A stretch of 64,000 nucleotides of DNA from a virus: the IMG/VR virus record IMGVR_UViG_3300022821_000015, positions 1 to 64,000 of that record; one strand, written 5' to 3'. Positions 47,355 through 56,666 of the stretch are shown here, piece after piece. The notes beneath the pieces were generated by a model. The model saw nothing but the letters and a program-made list of their open reading frames with translations. It was not told where the DNA came from and did no database searches. Within the stretch, counting starts at the first letter, position 1. Every line of letters starts with the position of its first letter. The translations under genes were made by a program, and so were the position numbers.

Positions 47355-48608
47355 TTATTCAACTTCTTCTACGACGACTTCTTCTGGTTCGATTTCTTCA
47401 ACCACCGGCTCTGGATTATCAAGTGTATCCATATACTCGTTCATAACGATTTGAAGTTTATCGTTAGACCAGTTTTTACGGAACTCAATGATTTCTTCAC
47501 CAGCTTTGGTTTCATATTTAAGGCGATTTCCTTGCTTAACAAGAATACCCTTTTCCTCAAACATATCCAACATACCCGAATACGGGTCCATGCCTGTTTC
47601 GTATGGGATTTGAAGTTCTGCATCCTCAAAAGGTTTGTTGTATCGTGTTTTCATAATCTTACACTTAGCACGAATACCGTGAACCTTTGAAGTCTTTACG
47701 CCATCAGCATCAGTTTTCAACTTCAGCTTTTTCATAGCGATAACAATAGATGCCGCATAGATTGGACCTGAACCGCCACTGATTTTATCATCTGGATCAA
47801 ACATATCCTGTGATGCATATGTGTGGTTTGTAGCCACTAGACCGACATTGTAGTTACCGAACATATTAACACAGTTCATAACCAATGACTTTAATGCACG
47901 TGGTTTGTGTCCAAAGTCACCTTTCATATTACCAGCAGTAAACTGGTCAATCTGAATGTCAGTAAGCAATGCACCTAAAGAATCAATAACAAATAGAATC
48001 TTCGGACGTTCTGCTTCATCCATTTCTTTATAATCTTTCATAAACGATGCGATAGTTTTTGCTACATCGTCTACTTTACTCATTGACAAACGTAGTAGTT
48101 TATCTTCACTTGTATCTACGTTTAGTGCGTGTAGCCAAGATTCATCAAGTGCGTTTTCGCTGTCAATAAGGACAACATAGATGCCTTGATCTTGTGCATT
48201 TTTTACTACGTTACCCGATGCGATAAATGATTTACCAGAATTATGACTGGAAATGCCATCTCCCCAATATCGATGATTAGCATGATTGACCTCAAAATCA
48301 AAACATTCAGCATCATCAATTGTGGATACTAAGATAATTTTCTCGGGGCCTGAAGTAGTCAAAATCACATCACCATAGCTTAATTCAGACGCAAGTAACC
48401 ATTTACCGCTTTCAAGCTGAACTAAATGGTTTTCAGCACACTCAGTCTGATGATTTTCAGTTCCAATTTTAACCATCCCCATAACGCCCTTATCAAACCA
48501 GCTGACTATTGATTGATAACCGTCCGGTGTATCAATCTCAATATCATAACTATTTGACTTATACAGCTGTTCTAATTCTTCAACTGATACTGTTTTTTCA
48601 GTAAACAT
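47355..48608 (-). CDS. uvsX: UvsX/RecA C-part: atypical IntC (123 aa, 48240-48608) + C-extein
   Basis: IDTPDGY, CAENHL, CFDFEV...ISSHN|SGKS...IDSENAL...VIDSLG. Confidence 0.93.
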   Translation of the reverse strand: MFTEKTVSVEELEQLYKSNSYDIEIDTPDGYQSIVSWFDKGVMGMVKIGTENHQTECAENHLVQLESGKWLLASELSYGDVILTTSGPEKIILVSTIDDAECFDFEVNHANHRYWGDGISSHNSGKSFIASGNVVKNAQDQGIYVVLIDSENALDESWLHALNVDTSEDKLLRLSMSKVDDVAKTIASFMKDYKEMDEAERPKILFVIDSLGALLTDIQIDQFTAGNMKGDFGHKPRALKSLVMNCVNMFGNYNVGLVATNHTYASQDMFDPDDKISGGSGPIYAASIVIAMKKLKLKTDADGVKTSKVHGIRAKCKIMKTRYNKPFEDAELQIPYETGMDPYSGMLDMFEEKGILVKQGNRLKYETKAGEEIIEFRKNWSNDKLQIVMNEYMDTLDNPEPVVEEIEPEEVVVEEVE

Positions 48609-48609
48609 A

Positions 48610-49737
48610 TTATTCTCCTATTTCAGTTACGCATTTTTTAATAATTATATCAGGGGTTGATCGGTATTCTGATTCCCAAATAATAACTAATTTTTTTACT
48701 AGTTCGCAATCTCGTATTCTATTTTCCCGGATAAAATCCGAGTCCCATTTCTCTTTGGACGTATACCCGAATGACTTCATATCTGCTTCATACATTAATG
48801 GATTACGATGAAAGTAATCACCATGAAATTCAATAACCGTCCCTGAATCTTTATGAAAGAAATCAACACGCAAGCCATCAATTAAATATTCATAATTTCT
48901 CGTTTCATAATACATATTTCCCTGAACATACTTCGTTATAGCATCAAATAAATGCTGGGAAATCTTTGAAAACCGTTGCGTTGGTTTACTTTTCATTTTT
49001 TCACAATAATCATTGTATTTATTTAAAGCTTCCTCATATGATAAACCACGGGCCATGCCCCCTTTTATACTATGTGATTTTTTTAAATTAAAGAGAGCGT
49101 TATCTTCTTTTGATTTATTTGAAAGAGTTTGTTGCCATTGTTTAATTCTAGCTTCGTATTTTACACGCCCTATATCTTCGCCATATTTCTTTGTATAATA
49201 TATCAATCCGTTGGTTGTTTGAATATTTGAAACCTCTGCTTTAGCTTCAAGCTCAGTATAACCTTGTTTTAGCCAAAAAGCTACTGACCTACATGTATAT
49301 TCACTAGTTCCTTTTGTTTTCTCAACTGACAACATATTTCGGGCTTTCTGTATTTTAATTACTTCCTGCTTGGCGGCTTCTTCAGTATATCCAAGATTAA
49401 TCCAGTATTCTGAGCAATTTTTAAACCCTGCTTTCTTCCGGGTTGTTTGCGTTTTATATATTTCTTTAAAATTAGCTTTGCCATAACGCAAGACTTGCGT
49501 ATATATTGAAGTGCCTGAAATCCCTTTGAGCCGCCTATATCTCCCTTTATAATTATTCAAATCATATAACACAAAACATGCAATAGTGGCTAACATATTT
49601 TCTACTTTTTTCGGGGTTCCATAATGATCAAAGAAATCATTCAGTCGTTCATAATGACATGAAGTTAAAACCTTACTTAATAAAATATCCCTTACGTGCT
49701 TTCTTTTTAAAAATCGCTCTGTTTGTTTGGTTATCAT
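48610..49737 (-). CDS. Putative homing endonuclease between the UvsX intein halves (Vsr-like EDxHD family)
   Basis: W..(L/Q)GYT..EA repeats; VDFF...VIEFHGDYFH...IWESE. Confidence 0.85.
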   Translation of the reverse strand: MITKQTERFLKRKHVRDILLSKVLTSCHYERLNDFFDHYGTPKKVENMLATIACFVLYDLNNYKGRYRRLKGISGTSIYTQVLRYGKANFKEIYKTQTTRKKAGFKNCSEYWINLGYTEEAAKQEVIKIQKARNMLSVEKTKGTSEYTCRSVAFWLKQGYTELEAKAEVSNIQTTNGLIYYTKKYGEDIGRVKYEARIKQWQQTLSNKSKEDNALFNLKKSHSIKGGMARGLSYEEALNKYNDYCEKMKSKPTQRFSKISQHLFDAITKYVQGNMYYETRNYEYLIDGLRVDFFHKDSGTVIEFHGDYFHRNPLMYEADMKSFGYTSKEKWDSDFIRENRIRDCELVKKLVIIWESEYRSTPDIIIKKCVTEIGE

Positions 49738-49739
49738 TA

Positions 49740-49780
49740 TACCAGTCTCCTTTTATAGTATTTAGCATAGAAGACTGGTA
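49740..49780 (-). promoter_or_regulatory. SD-sequestering hairpin with a late promoter in the loop
   Basis: TACCAGTCTTCT-atgCTAAATActataaa-AGGAGACTGGTA then TAATG. Confidence 0.75.
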
Positions 49781-49788
49781 AGATACAT

Positions 49789-50028
49789 TTATTTCGGCTT
49801 ATATCTGATTTTTATTGATGCGGTTTTAGGCAAGCACCCAGATTCACCGGCAAGAATGGTTACTTTACCAAGCGGGATACCTTTATTGAAATCACCACTA
49901 ATACGATAGTTTAGTAGATAGTTTCCTGTTGAAATCCAATCGGTAGGATCGTGGAAACCAAAGCTGATTCCCTCAATAGATTTAGTTAAGTCTTTTCGAA
50001 ATTTGCTCACATCGAAGGGACGGGGCAT
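49789..50028 (-). CDS. uvsX: UvsX/RecA N-part + 15-aa IntN (49792-49836)
   Basis: WISTGNYLLN..ISG...GIPLGKVTILAGESG|CLPKTASIKIRYKPK. Confidence 0.93.
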   Translation of the reverse strand: MPRPFDVSKFRKDLTKSIEGISFGFHDPTDWISTGNYLLNYRISGDFNKGIPLGKVTILAGESGCLPKTASIKIRYKPK

Positions 50029-50166
50029 TATTATTCTCCTAAAAAAGATGTGATGCTATCCCTGCATTCGCATCACTATTGGACTCTGTAACGCTATATC
50101 TAATAGCGAAAAGATATATCGGCGGGGTCCAAAAAGATTACTTAAACGTCACAGCCACGTGGGGGT

Positions 50167-51195
50167 TTAAGCTTCCTGTTGTTTACGTGAACGAATTTTT
50201 GATAGAATGTCCGCCGCACGATCAGATGAGTCGCCTTTAGATTCAGCTACTGGAGCTTCTTTCTTTGGTTCTTCAACGTCGAACGGTGGCTTTTCGTCAT
50301 CATTCGTAGTTTTTGTTGGAGTTGATGTTGTCGTTGATGATGTTGTATCATCACGTGTCGCACCTTCTGGTTTGTCTACTCCCCAAGGACGGTAATATGC
50401 CGCCCACTTTTCTGGGTCATATTTTTCACCGTCAACTGACGCTTCAAACATTTCCATAATAACCTTCAAATCAACATCAGAAGGTTTGCGTGGTAGGAAG
50501 TCACTTAGTGTACTCAAACCGTATTCTTCAATAGCCGCAAGTTGCTCTGCTGTTAATGCAGATTCCTTACGTGCCCACGAAGATTGATCGTAAGAAGCCC
50601 ATTTACCATCCTGTGTTTTGCGGATGTTAAAATCAAGACCTGCTTCATAATCATCTGGCCACGCATCCAAGTCGTCTAAAAGAATAGAACGTGCTTTTTT
50701 GTGTAAGCCGGGGTTCATTACAAACCTACGGATTGGGTTTTCTGGGGTATTATCTTCCATCGCATTGTTGTTGCGATCAACAAATCCCGGATGCTCAAGT
50801 ACAAATCCCTGATAGATATAAGAACGCTTCTTCCAGTATTTATTAGCTTGCGCTTCCATTGCTGGGTCTTTATACCAAGGCTTGATTTCAGCCTGAACCG
50901 GGCAGCTAGACCCATCGTTATACATCTCCACGCAAGGAACTTGTAGTTTTACAAACTCTTTGGTTGGATCGCCCACAACGCCTGAAAACTCAAGATTGAT
51001 CATAAGACGCTCAACGTGAAAACCTTCAACGTTAGCTTCGTCGCCGTCTGGGCAAAATCTTACTTTTGCTGTGGTATCTACTGGGATTTGCCAAAATGGA
51101 TAACTTGCGTTATCGTTCACAAAGGTTGATTTACCTTCGTTTGCTGCTTCTTTTTTTAGTTGGTCGCGGATGTCCGCTAATGATTTACGTGCCAT
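50167..51195 (-). CDS. Single-stranded DNA-binding protein (gp32-like)
   Basis: VRFCPD, PCVE...CP, KYWKKRSY, GLDF, SYDQS.W, acidic tail. Confidence 0.88.
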   Translation of the reverse strand: MARKSLADIRDQLKKEAANEGKSTFVNDNASYPFWQIPVDTTAKVRFCPDGDEANVEGFHVERLMINLEFSGVVGDPTKEFVKLQVPCVEMYNDGSSCPVQAEIKPWYKDPAMEAQANKYWKKRSYIYQGFVLEHPGFVDRNNNAMEDNTPENPIRRFVMNPGLHKKARSILLDDLDAWPDDYEAGLDFNIRKTQDGKWASYDQSSWARKESALTAEQLAAIEEYGLSTLSDFLPRKPSDVDLKVIMEMFEASVDGEKYDPEKWAAYYRPWGVDKPEGATRDDTTSSTTTSTPTKTTNDDEKPPFDVEEPKKEAPVAESKGDSSDRAADILSKIRSRKQQEA

Positions 51196-51370
51196 GTTTA
51201 TGCTCCTATGCCTTTATGCCGTATATGCCTTGGCTACTATGTGTAGCCTATTGTAGTCTATGCCTTGATCACTTTGTGCGATCTATCGTTGCAATGCTTA
51301 TTCAATATAACCATTATAACGCATTGTATTTATCAAATACTATATAAAAATAAAAAAAGTTTGGGTATTA

Positions 51371-51604
51371 TTACTTACTGGTTACTGGTTTTTTCAACCA
51401 TCCGTAACCATCGATCTTCGGTGGGGGTAGTTCCGTTACAGTATGCTGTTCGACTTCCGACATTTTTTGACGCATTTCTTCAGCTGCTACTTTACGTGCA
51501 TTCAATGAACGGGGGGTTGTATCCGTGAATGATGCTGGTAGTTGTCCATTAACCGTTGGTTCACCGATCCCAGCCAGTTTTCTCATATAATCCAAATCAT
51601 TCAT
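51371..51604 (-). CDS. Hypothetical protein
   Basis: YMRKLAGI motif. Confidence 0.6.
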   Translation of the reverse strand: MNDLDYMRKLAGIGEPTVNGQLPASFTDTTPRSLNARKVAAEEMRQKMSEVEQHTVTELPPPKIDGYGWLKKPVTSK

Positions 51605-53536
51605 TTATTTTAATCCTGCAATCTTTTTCATATATTCCATGTCGTCGTCCGCTTCGTCACTTTCGTTAAAGCGTTCAGGTTTATCGTGGGCGAAATAGTC
51701 TTCGTCACTCATAAAGAAATCACTATCTGGGTCATAGTATTTTCCTGCTTGCTTGTCATAATAAACAAACTTGCCTGACTTCAATCGGAATGGACCTTCA
51801 AGACCTTCTGCGTCACGATTTTTATAGCGTTCTTTCTCGTGGTCAGTAAGTTCTGGGAATACAGTATAGCCTTCTTCGACATCCATATCTTCATCACCTG
51901 TTTCTACGTCAGCTTCTGGATCATTTTCCCAAGCCTGAACCATATCAGAAAGATTTGTTCCAGCGTCCATCATGACATCGATAGCTTTGTCTCGTGCTTC
52001 TTCATCTGCACTCATTACATAATCTTCTAGTGCATCAAACTCATTGTCACGTAGTAGCTCACCCGTGTGCATGATAAAATCATAATGTGCGTGTGTGTTA
52101 CCAATATCGTAACCGAACTGCATTAGTTCGTCGGCAGCATTTTCGGTTTCTGATGAAATATCATCGTCGTTGCCGCCCAGTTCGTCAACCCAGTTTTCAA
52201 ATACACCAAGTTCACTTTCCGTTACAGTAGGTTGATTGTATCCAACCGAACCATTATTCCATAGCATAAACATATGCTTCGCCATGCCTTCGTCAACACG
52301 GTTTTCAAGGTCCAATGCTTCATTGAACTCATCCGTGCGTGATAATACGTTTTCATTAAAGAACTCAAGGACGGTCTTTTGTGTTTCTTTTACTGCTGTT
52401 TTTTTAGCATCCTCTGATTCAAACTGCATCATTTGCATTTCTTCAATCATTTCGGATACCTGTGCACGTAGGCTTTCGTCAATATCTGGATTACCGTCTA
52501 GTGTTAGGCTTTCCATACGCAATACGTTTTGCGCTCTTTCTTCGATTTTCTTTTCGTTTTCAGCAACATCCATTTCTTGTTTTTCTGCGATTGCACGATT
52601 AAGATATGGAAGAACATCATCAAACTCTTCATTGTATATTTTCTTTGTAAGTGTGTCACGAAGACTTTCGAATGTGTCTTCTTCGTCTAGCTGTGAACTT
52701 ACTGCAAAACTTTCGGCGAATGTTGAATACCCTTTTTGCTTCTGGAGAGATTCTAGTGTATTCTTTACTTTTTTGTAACGGCATTTAGATGCTTCAAGAA
52801 CTTCGGCTGCGCCTTCCATCATATTTGATGTGTCACGAGCTTTGCGATTAAACTTACTAAGCGCCTTCATTTCGTCGTGCATTTCAACGATTGCTTCCGC
52901 AATATCATCATTGATTGCTCCTTCATTTGCTACATGTCGTGCCATTGCACGGGCGGTAGGCATATGATTACGAGGCACCAAGAAACGTTCACCAGCAGCA
53001 TTCTCAATATAAATGCTTTTGATATTTCTTGAACGTGAACCTTGAACTTCTTCATCAATCGGTCTATTATGACGAACGATTAATCGTGTATTTGCTTGTT
53101 CTGTATAAGAACTGCGTCTTGAACCGTACATTTTACTCTCCATTCTTGCATCTTTATGATCATAGGTGCTGTTGTTACGTTTTAAATCAAAATCGTTCTT
53201 ATCAAATCGAGCCTTGGTGTATGGCTCAACAGTCCAGTTCATCATTCTTGTATTAGCAAAGTCGCGCATTTCGTCTACAAAGCTATAGAATTTTTTACGT
53301 TCATCGCCTCGCATACCATCAGTAATATTATCACTATATAGCATTTCAAGAACTTCTGGATCAAACATATTAAATGTGATGATTTTGGTATTAGTGGTTG
53401 TTCCGTAGTTTACTTCAAAGATTACAGCTTCATCGATAGTATCAGTAACATTACCTTCACTATCCATCATATGTAGGTCTGCAAACTTACTCAGCTTATA
53501 ATAAAGTTCGTCGGCGATTGTTTCTCTGTTTTTCAT
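51605..53536 (-). CDS. Conserved large acidic protein, probably virion/head-associated
   Basis: RSRNIKSIYIENAAGERF...ARAMARHV; GLEGPF...YYD; ends MKKIAGL. Confidence 0.7.
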   Translation of the reverse strand: MKNRETIADELYYKLSKFADLHMMDSEGNVTDTIDEAVIFEVNYGTTTNTKIITFNMFDPEVLEMLYSDNITDGMRGDERKKFYSFVDEMRDFANTRMMNWTVEPYTKARFDKNDFDLKRNNSTYDHKDARMESKMYGSRRSSYTEQANTRLIVRHNRPIDEEVQGSRSRNIKSIYIENAAGERFLVPRNHMPTARAMARHVANEGAINDDIAEAIVEMHDEMKALSKFNRKARDTSNMMEGAAEVLEASKCRYKKVKNTLESLQKQKGYSTFAESFAVSSQLDEEDTFESLRDTLTKKIYNEEFDDVLPYLNRAIAEKQEMDVAENEKKIEERAQNVLRMESLTLDGNPDIDESLRAQVSEMIEEMQMMQFESEDAKKTAVKETQKTVLEFFNENVLSRTDEFNEALDLENRVDEGMAKHMFMLWNNGSVGYNQPTVTESELGVFENWVDELGGNDDDISSETENAADELMQFGYDIGNTHAHYDFIMHTGELLRDNEFDALEDYVMSADEEARDKAIDVMMDAGTNLSDMVQAWENDPEADVETGDEDMDVEEGYTVFPELTDHEKERYKNRDAEGLEGPFRLKSGKFVYYDKQAGKYYDPDSDFFMSDEDYFAHDKPERFNESDEADDDMEYMKKIAGLK

Positions 53537-53588
53537 AGCGCACCTTTTCTATTAATGGTATTTATCACTGACAGATTATTAAGTCAGC

Positions 53589-54689
53589 TTATCTCCAGCC
53601 ACTCATTCCAGATATAGATGAGAAAAACGGCAATGGTGCCACCATTTGCTCATTATGGTCCCGCATATGCTTTTCTAACGTGGGATTATAGTCTTTTAAT
53701 ACCGTTGCCATACGCACTACAAGCAATGAAGCCATTACCAAGTCGTCGTTTTCACCTTCCTTTGATGAATATGACCGTCCCTTTGCAACAAACGTTTTCA
53801 TTTCAGATATAAGTGGTTTGCTATAAACAATCATTCGTTCTGATTCAATCATTACTTTAAACTTAGCGCAAGCCGCAATCTTAGAGTTCTCAGTCGTGTT
53901 AAATCCTTTGCGGAACTTCCTAACATTACCAAGTTTCTTCGGTTCTGACAGGAATATACCATCGATATTTTCCTCACCAAGTTCGGCAATATTGATTAAT
54001 GCAGCTTCTCCGATTGAGTTATTTTCAACAGAATAATATACATCATTTTTTGTCCCTGTAACATCGGTTAGGTGGGCACAAATAGATTTCATTACTCTCA
54101 CTTGTGTTGGAATATCGGACTTATTATGCATCCATTCACCGCATTGAATCATTTCAGGTAGTTCATATATTTGGATGGCTGCGTTGTCGCCGCCTGTTCC
54201 CATAGCGGGGTCCAATCCAACAAGATATACATGACCTTTTGATGGTTCTTTATACCATCGCACCTGACCATCCACTCTTACTGGCGTAACACCTTCCATA
54301 TCAACTAGCTTCAACCCGCTAATCAAAGTTTCTTCGTGAATAATAAACTCACAGTTTGATGCCAATACTGTATTAGCATAATATCGGTGGCCATCTTCGA
54401 CTTCTACCAAATCAAACACAGCCCGAACACCAATATATTCTCGTGCAATAAGTGCAAGATGTCCCTCTGAACTTAATACCACATCTCCTATATCAAAATC
54501 CTTTGCCTCTTTATAGTCAATCAAGTTTTGATATAATTTATGATCTTCTGTGCATTCCAATATTACACCTTGTTCAAAAGTCAGCTTCCATACTGCCTTA
54601 TCTCCCATAAAAGATACTCCGGAAAAATCCTTATAGCCATCCGGCGTCAATACTTTATAGTTTTTTATGTTTGGAGCTAAATCACCCAT
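53589..54689 (-). CDS. terL: Terminase large subunit C-part: atypical IntC (112 aa, 54354-54689) + nuclease domain
   Basis: VLTPDGY, CTEDHKL, VFDLVEV...VLASN|CEF...LDPAMGTGGD...ENN...DDLVM. Confidence 0.93.
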   Translation of the reverse strand: MGDLAPNIKNYKVLTPDGYKDFSGVSFMGDKAVWKLTFEQGVILECTEDHKLYQNLIDYKEAKDFDIGDVVLSSEGHLALIAREYIGVRAVFDLVEVEDGHRYYANTVLASNCEFIIHEETLISGLKLVDMEGVTPVRVDGQVRWYKEPSKGHVYLVGLDPAMGTGGDNAAIQIYELPEMIQCGEWMHNKSDIPTQVRVMKSICAHLTDVTGTKNDVYYSVENNSIGEAALINIAELGEENIDGIFLSEPKKLGNVRKFRKGFNTTENSKIAACAKFKVMIESERMIVYSKPLISEMKTFVAKGRSYSSKEGENDDLVMASLLVVRMATVLKDYNPTLEKHMRDHNEQMVAPLPFFSSISGMSGWR

Positions 54690-55702
54690 TTTTCAAAATC
54701 ATCCTTCGTTTTTAGTATTTGATAATTGGTTTTAGTCGTGAAGAGCCATACCTCATACGAATATCCTTGTTTTATAACTGCTTCCCTTTTACGAAGATTA
54801 TTTACTATTCTACCATCATAACCATCACGGCCATTGGCATTCCACCACCACATTGATTTAACTTCAATGATACGATTTTCATCTGGAATAAAAATATCTG
54901 GATAATATTTCTTTACTCGGTTTTTTTCATATGAATTATATTGAAAGACTTCTATTACATATTCTTCATAATCGTTATGTACACTAATAGAATCTTCTGT
55001 ATATGTTTCTAGTAAAGCATCGATCACCATATTTTCATAGCCTCGAATACCAATAATTTTACCGCTCGGGAGTTCATAATCTTTTACCGAAGAGTTACCT
55101 TTTCCAGACTTTTTTGAAATGTTTGGAAGTAAAAAGGTATTACCCACACCGAACTTTTCAATGTTTGTCTTGCGACGTTTTTCATTTATTTCATTCTGTT
55201 CGTCAGAAGATTTGGCCCCATTGGTCGCCGCCGATGCTTTCCAGTTAGAATAGTATTCATTGCCATATCTATCCAGTTTGGTCTTCTTGGCCTTATCCTT
55301 AAATTCGTCGCTTTGTGTCGCCCATTCTGTGCCATATTTTGCACGGAAGGTTTCTCTGGATTTTTCCACTTGTTCTTGGATTTGCTCGGGTGTTCTCTTT
55401 GATGCAGCATTGGATTTGTTCTCAGAATCCGAGTGTCGTTGCTCATCTGTCCAGTTTTGTTTGGTTTCCGACACACTTTTTCCAACACATTTTGGTGCGC
55501 CACAACTATTAGCATATGTATGTGTATGTTGATAAAATGTTAAAGATAATCCACATCTACATTTTGGAGAAATACCCGTGATGTATTCTTCATAATAGGA
55601 CTGATATGTATAACTATGTTGTTTAAGATGTTTCGTGAATTGCCCATTTGATTTACAATATTTTTCATTGTCAATTTTTGATGTTTCGTATGTAGCACTC
55701 AT
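54677..55702 (-). CDS. Putative homing endonuclease between the TerL intein halves (PD-(D/E)XK)
   Basis: CRCG, KYG repeats, RGYE...YYPDIFIP...IIEVKS. Confidence 0.85.
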   Translation of the reverse strand: MSATYETSKIDNEKYCKSNGQFTKHLKQHSYTYQSYYEEYITGISPKCRCGLSLTFYQHTHTYANSCGAPKCVGKSVSETKQNWTDEQRHSDSENKSNAASKRTPEQIQEQVEKSRETFRAKYGTEWATQSDEFKDKAKKTKLDRYGNEYYSNWKASAATNGAKSSDEQNEINEKRRKTNIEKFGVGNTFLLPNISKKSGKGNSSVKDYELPSGKIIGIRGYENMVIDALLETYTEDSISVHNDYEEYVIEVFQYNSYEKNRVKKYYPDIFIPDENRIIEVKSMWWWNANGRDGYDGRIVNNLRKREAVIKQGYSYEVWLFTTKTNYQILKTKDDFEKWVI

Positions 55703-55708
55703 TTATAT

Positions 55709-55746
55709 TCTCCTTGAAATCGTTTCATACTTATTTATCAAGGAAA
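55709..55746 (-). promoter_or_regulatory. SD-sequestering hairpin with a late promoter in the loop
   Basis: TTTCCTTGA-TAAATAagtatgaaacgatt-TCAAGGAGA before the endonuclease ATG. Confidence 0.65.
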
Positions 55747-56657
55747 TCATCATCTCTAAATTTTTTATACAGTGTTCCTATATCAACAATACTAGTGGCA
55801 CCATTTTCATCTTGAATAGTTATCAAAGAAGAGTGTACCACGCAACAGTGTTCCCGCCTGAATTTTTCAGTACCAATAGCCTGTTCTTCGTCGTCTGCCC
55901 ATTTTTGGTCACGGTCTGGATGTTCGTGCCAGAATGATCTGAATGCTTTAAATCCATTCGTTCCAATACCCGTATCATTTCCAAAATCATCTACAGTTTT
56001 GTTTGCCATTTTCCATTCTAGGGCAAACTGATCTTCATCGGAGTTTGGCGTTGATGTGATAATACATTTACCACCTGTTGCTAACGTAGGACGCATTGAA
56101 GTCCAGAATTCACTGGCGATTGTATTACGAACGAATGCAAATTCGTCTAGATATAATAACGTGATTGACATACCACGACCCGTGTTTTCTGTCGTAGCTT
56201 GTGCCACCAATCTTGAACCGTTATCAAACTCCAATGAGTTTTTGTTATATGTAGTTGCGCCGCATCTAATGAAATCGGGACATAGTTCGTAAGCGTATCG
56301 CACACGTTGCATAATCTCAGCTGCACCTGATTGTTTATGTGCTGCTACAAGAATAATACTATCAGGCTTGAACATAGCAAACCATAATAGGTATCCCGCT
56401 GCTGTTGTCGATTTTCCCGTCTGTCGTGGCATAAGCGCAATGGCAAAACGATTGTGGTGATATGTATCCACCAGTCTTTCTTGAAACTCGAACGGTGAAT
56501 ATTTAAGTTGACCCTTGGTAGGGTGCTGAATATAGAAATAATTTTCCAGAAAATATTTATGACCAGTTATCGGATCAGCACATTTTGCAAACTCTATCAT
56601 TTGCTCACGTGTATATACCATTTTCATATTTGGTTTTTTAACTAGTTCTTCTGACAT
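55731..56657 (-). CDS. terL: Terminase large subunit N-part (ATPase) + 37-aa IntN (55734-55844)
   Basis: PRQTGKST, GRG, LYLDEFAF, ITSTP, FRREHC|CVVHSSLITI. Confidence 0.95.
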   Translation of the reverse strand: MSEELVKKPNMKMVYTREQMIEFAKCADPITGHKYFLENYFYIQHPTKGQLKYSPFEFQERLVDTYHHNRFAIALMPRQTGKSTTAAGYLLWFAMFKPDSIILVAAHKQSGAAEIMQRVRYAYELCPDFIRCGATTYNKNSLEFDNGSRLVAQATTENTGRGMSITLLYLDEFAFVRNTIASEFWTSMRPTLATGGKCIITSTPNSDEDQFALEWKMANKTVDDFGNDTGIGTNGFKAFRSFWHEHPDRDQKWADDEEQAIGTEKFRREHCCVVHSSLITIQDENGATSIVDIGTLYKKFRDDDFLDK

Positions 56658-56666
56658 TTTATCTCC

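Noticed and set aside
48610-49788. Group I introns as the explanation for the split genes
   Set aside because: The gaps around the endonuclease ORFs are about 50 nt or less, too short for a ribozyme core, and the flanks carry clear intein motifs.
50030-50166. tRNA
   Set aside because: No cloverleaf or T-loop (GTTCRA) signature.
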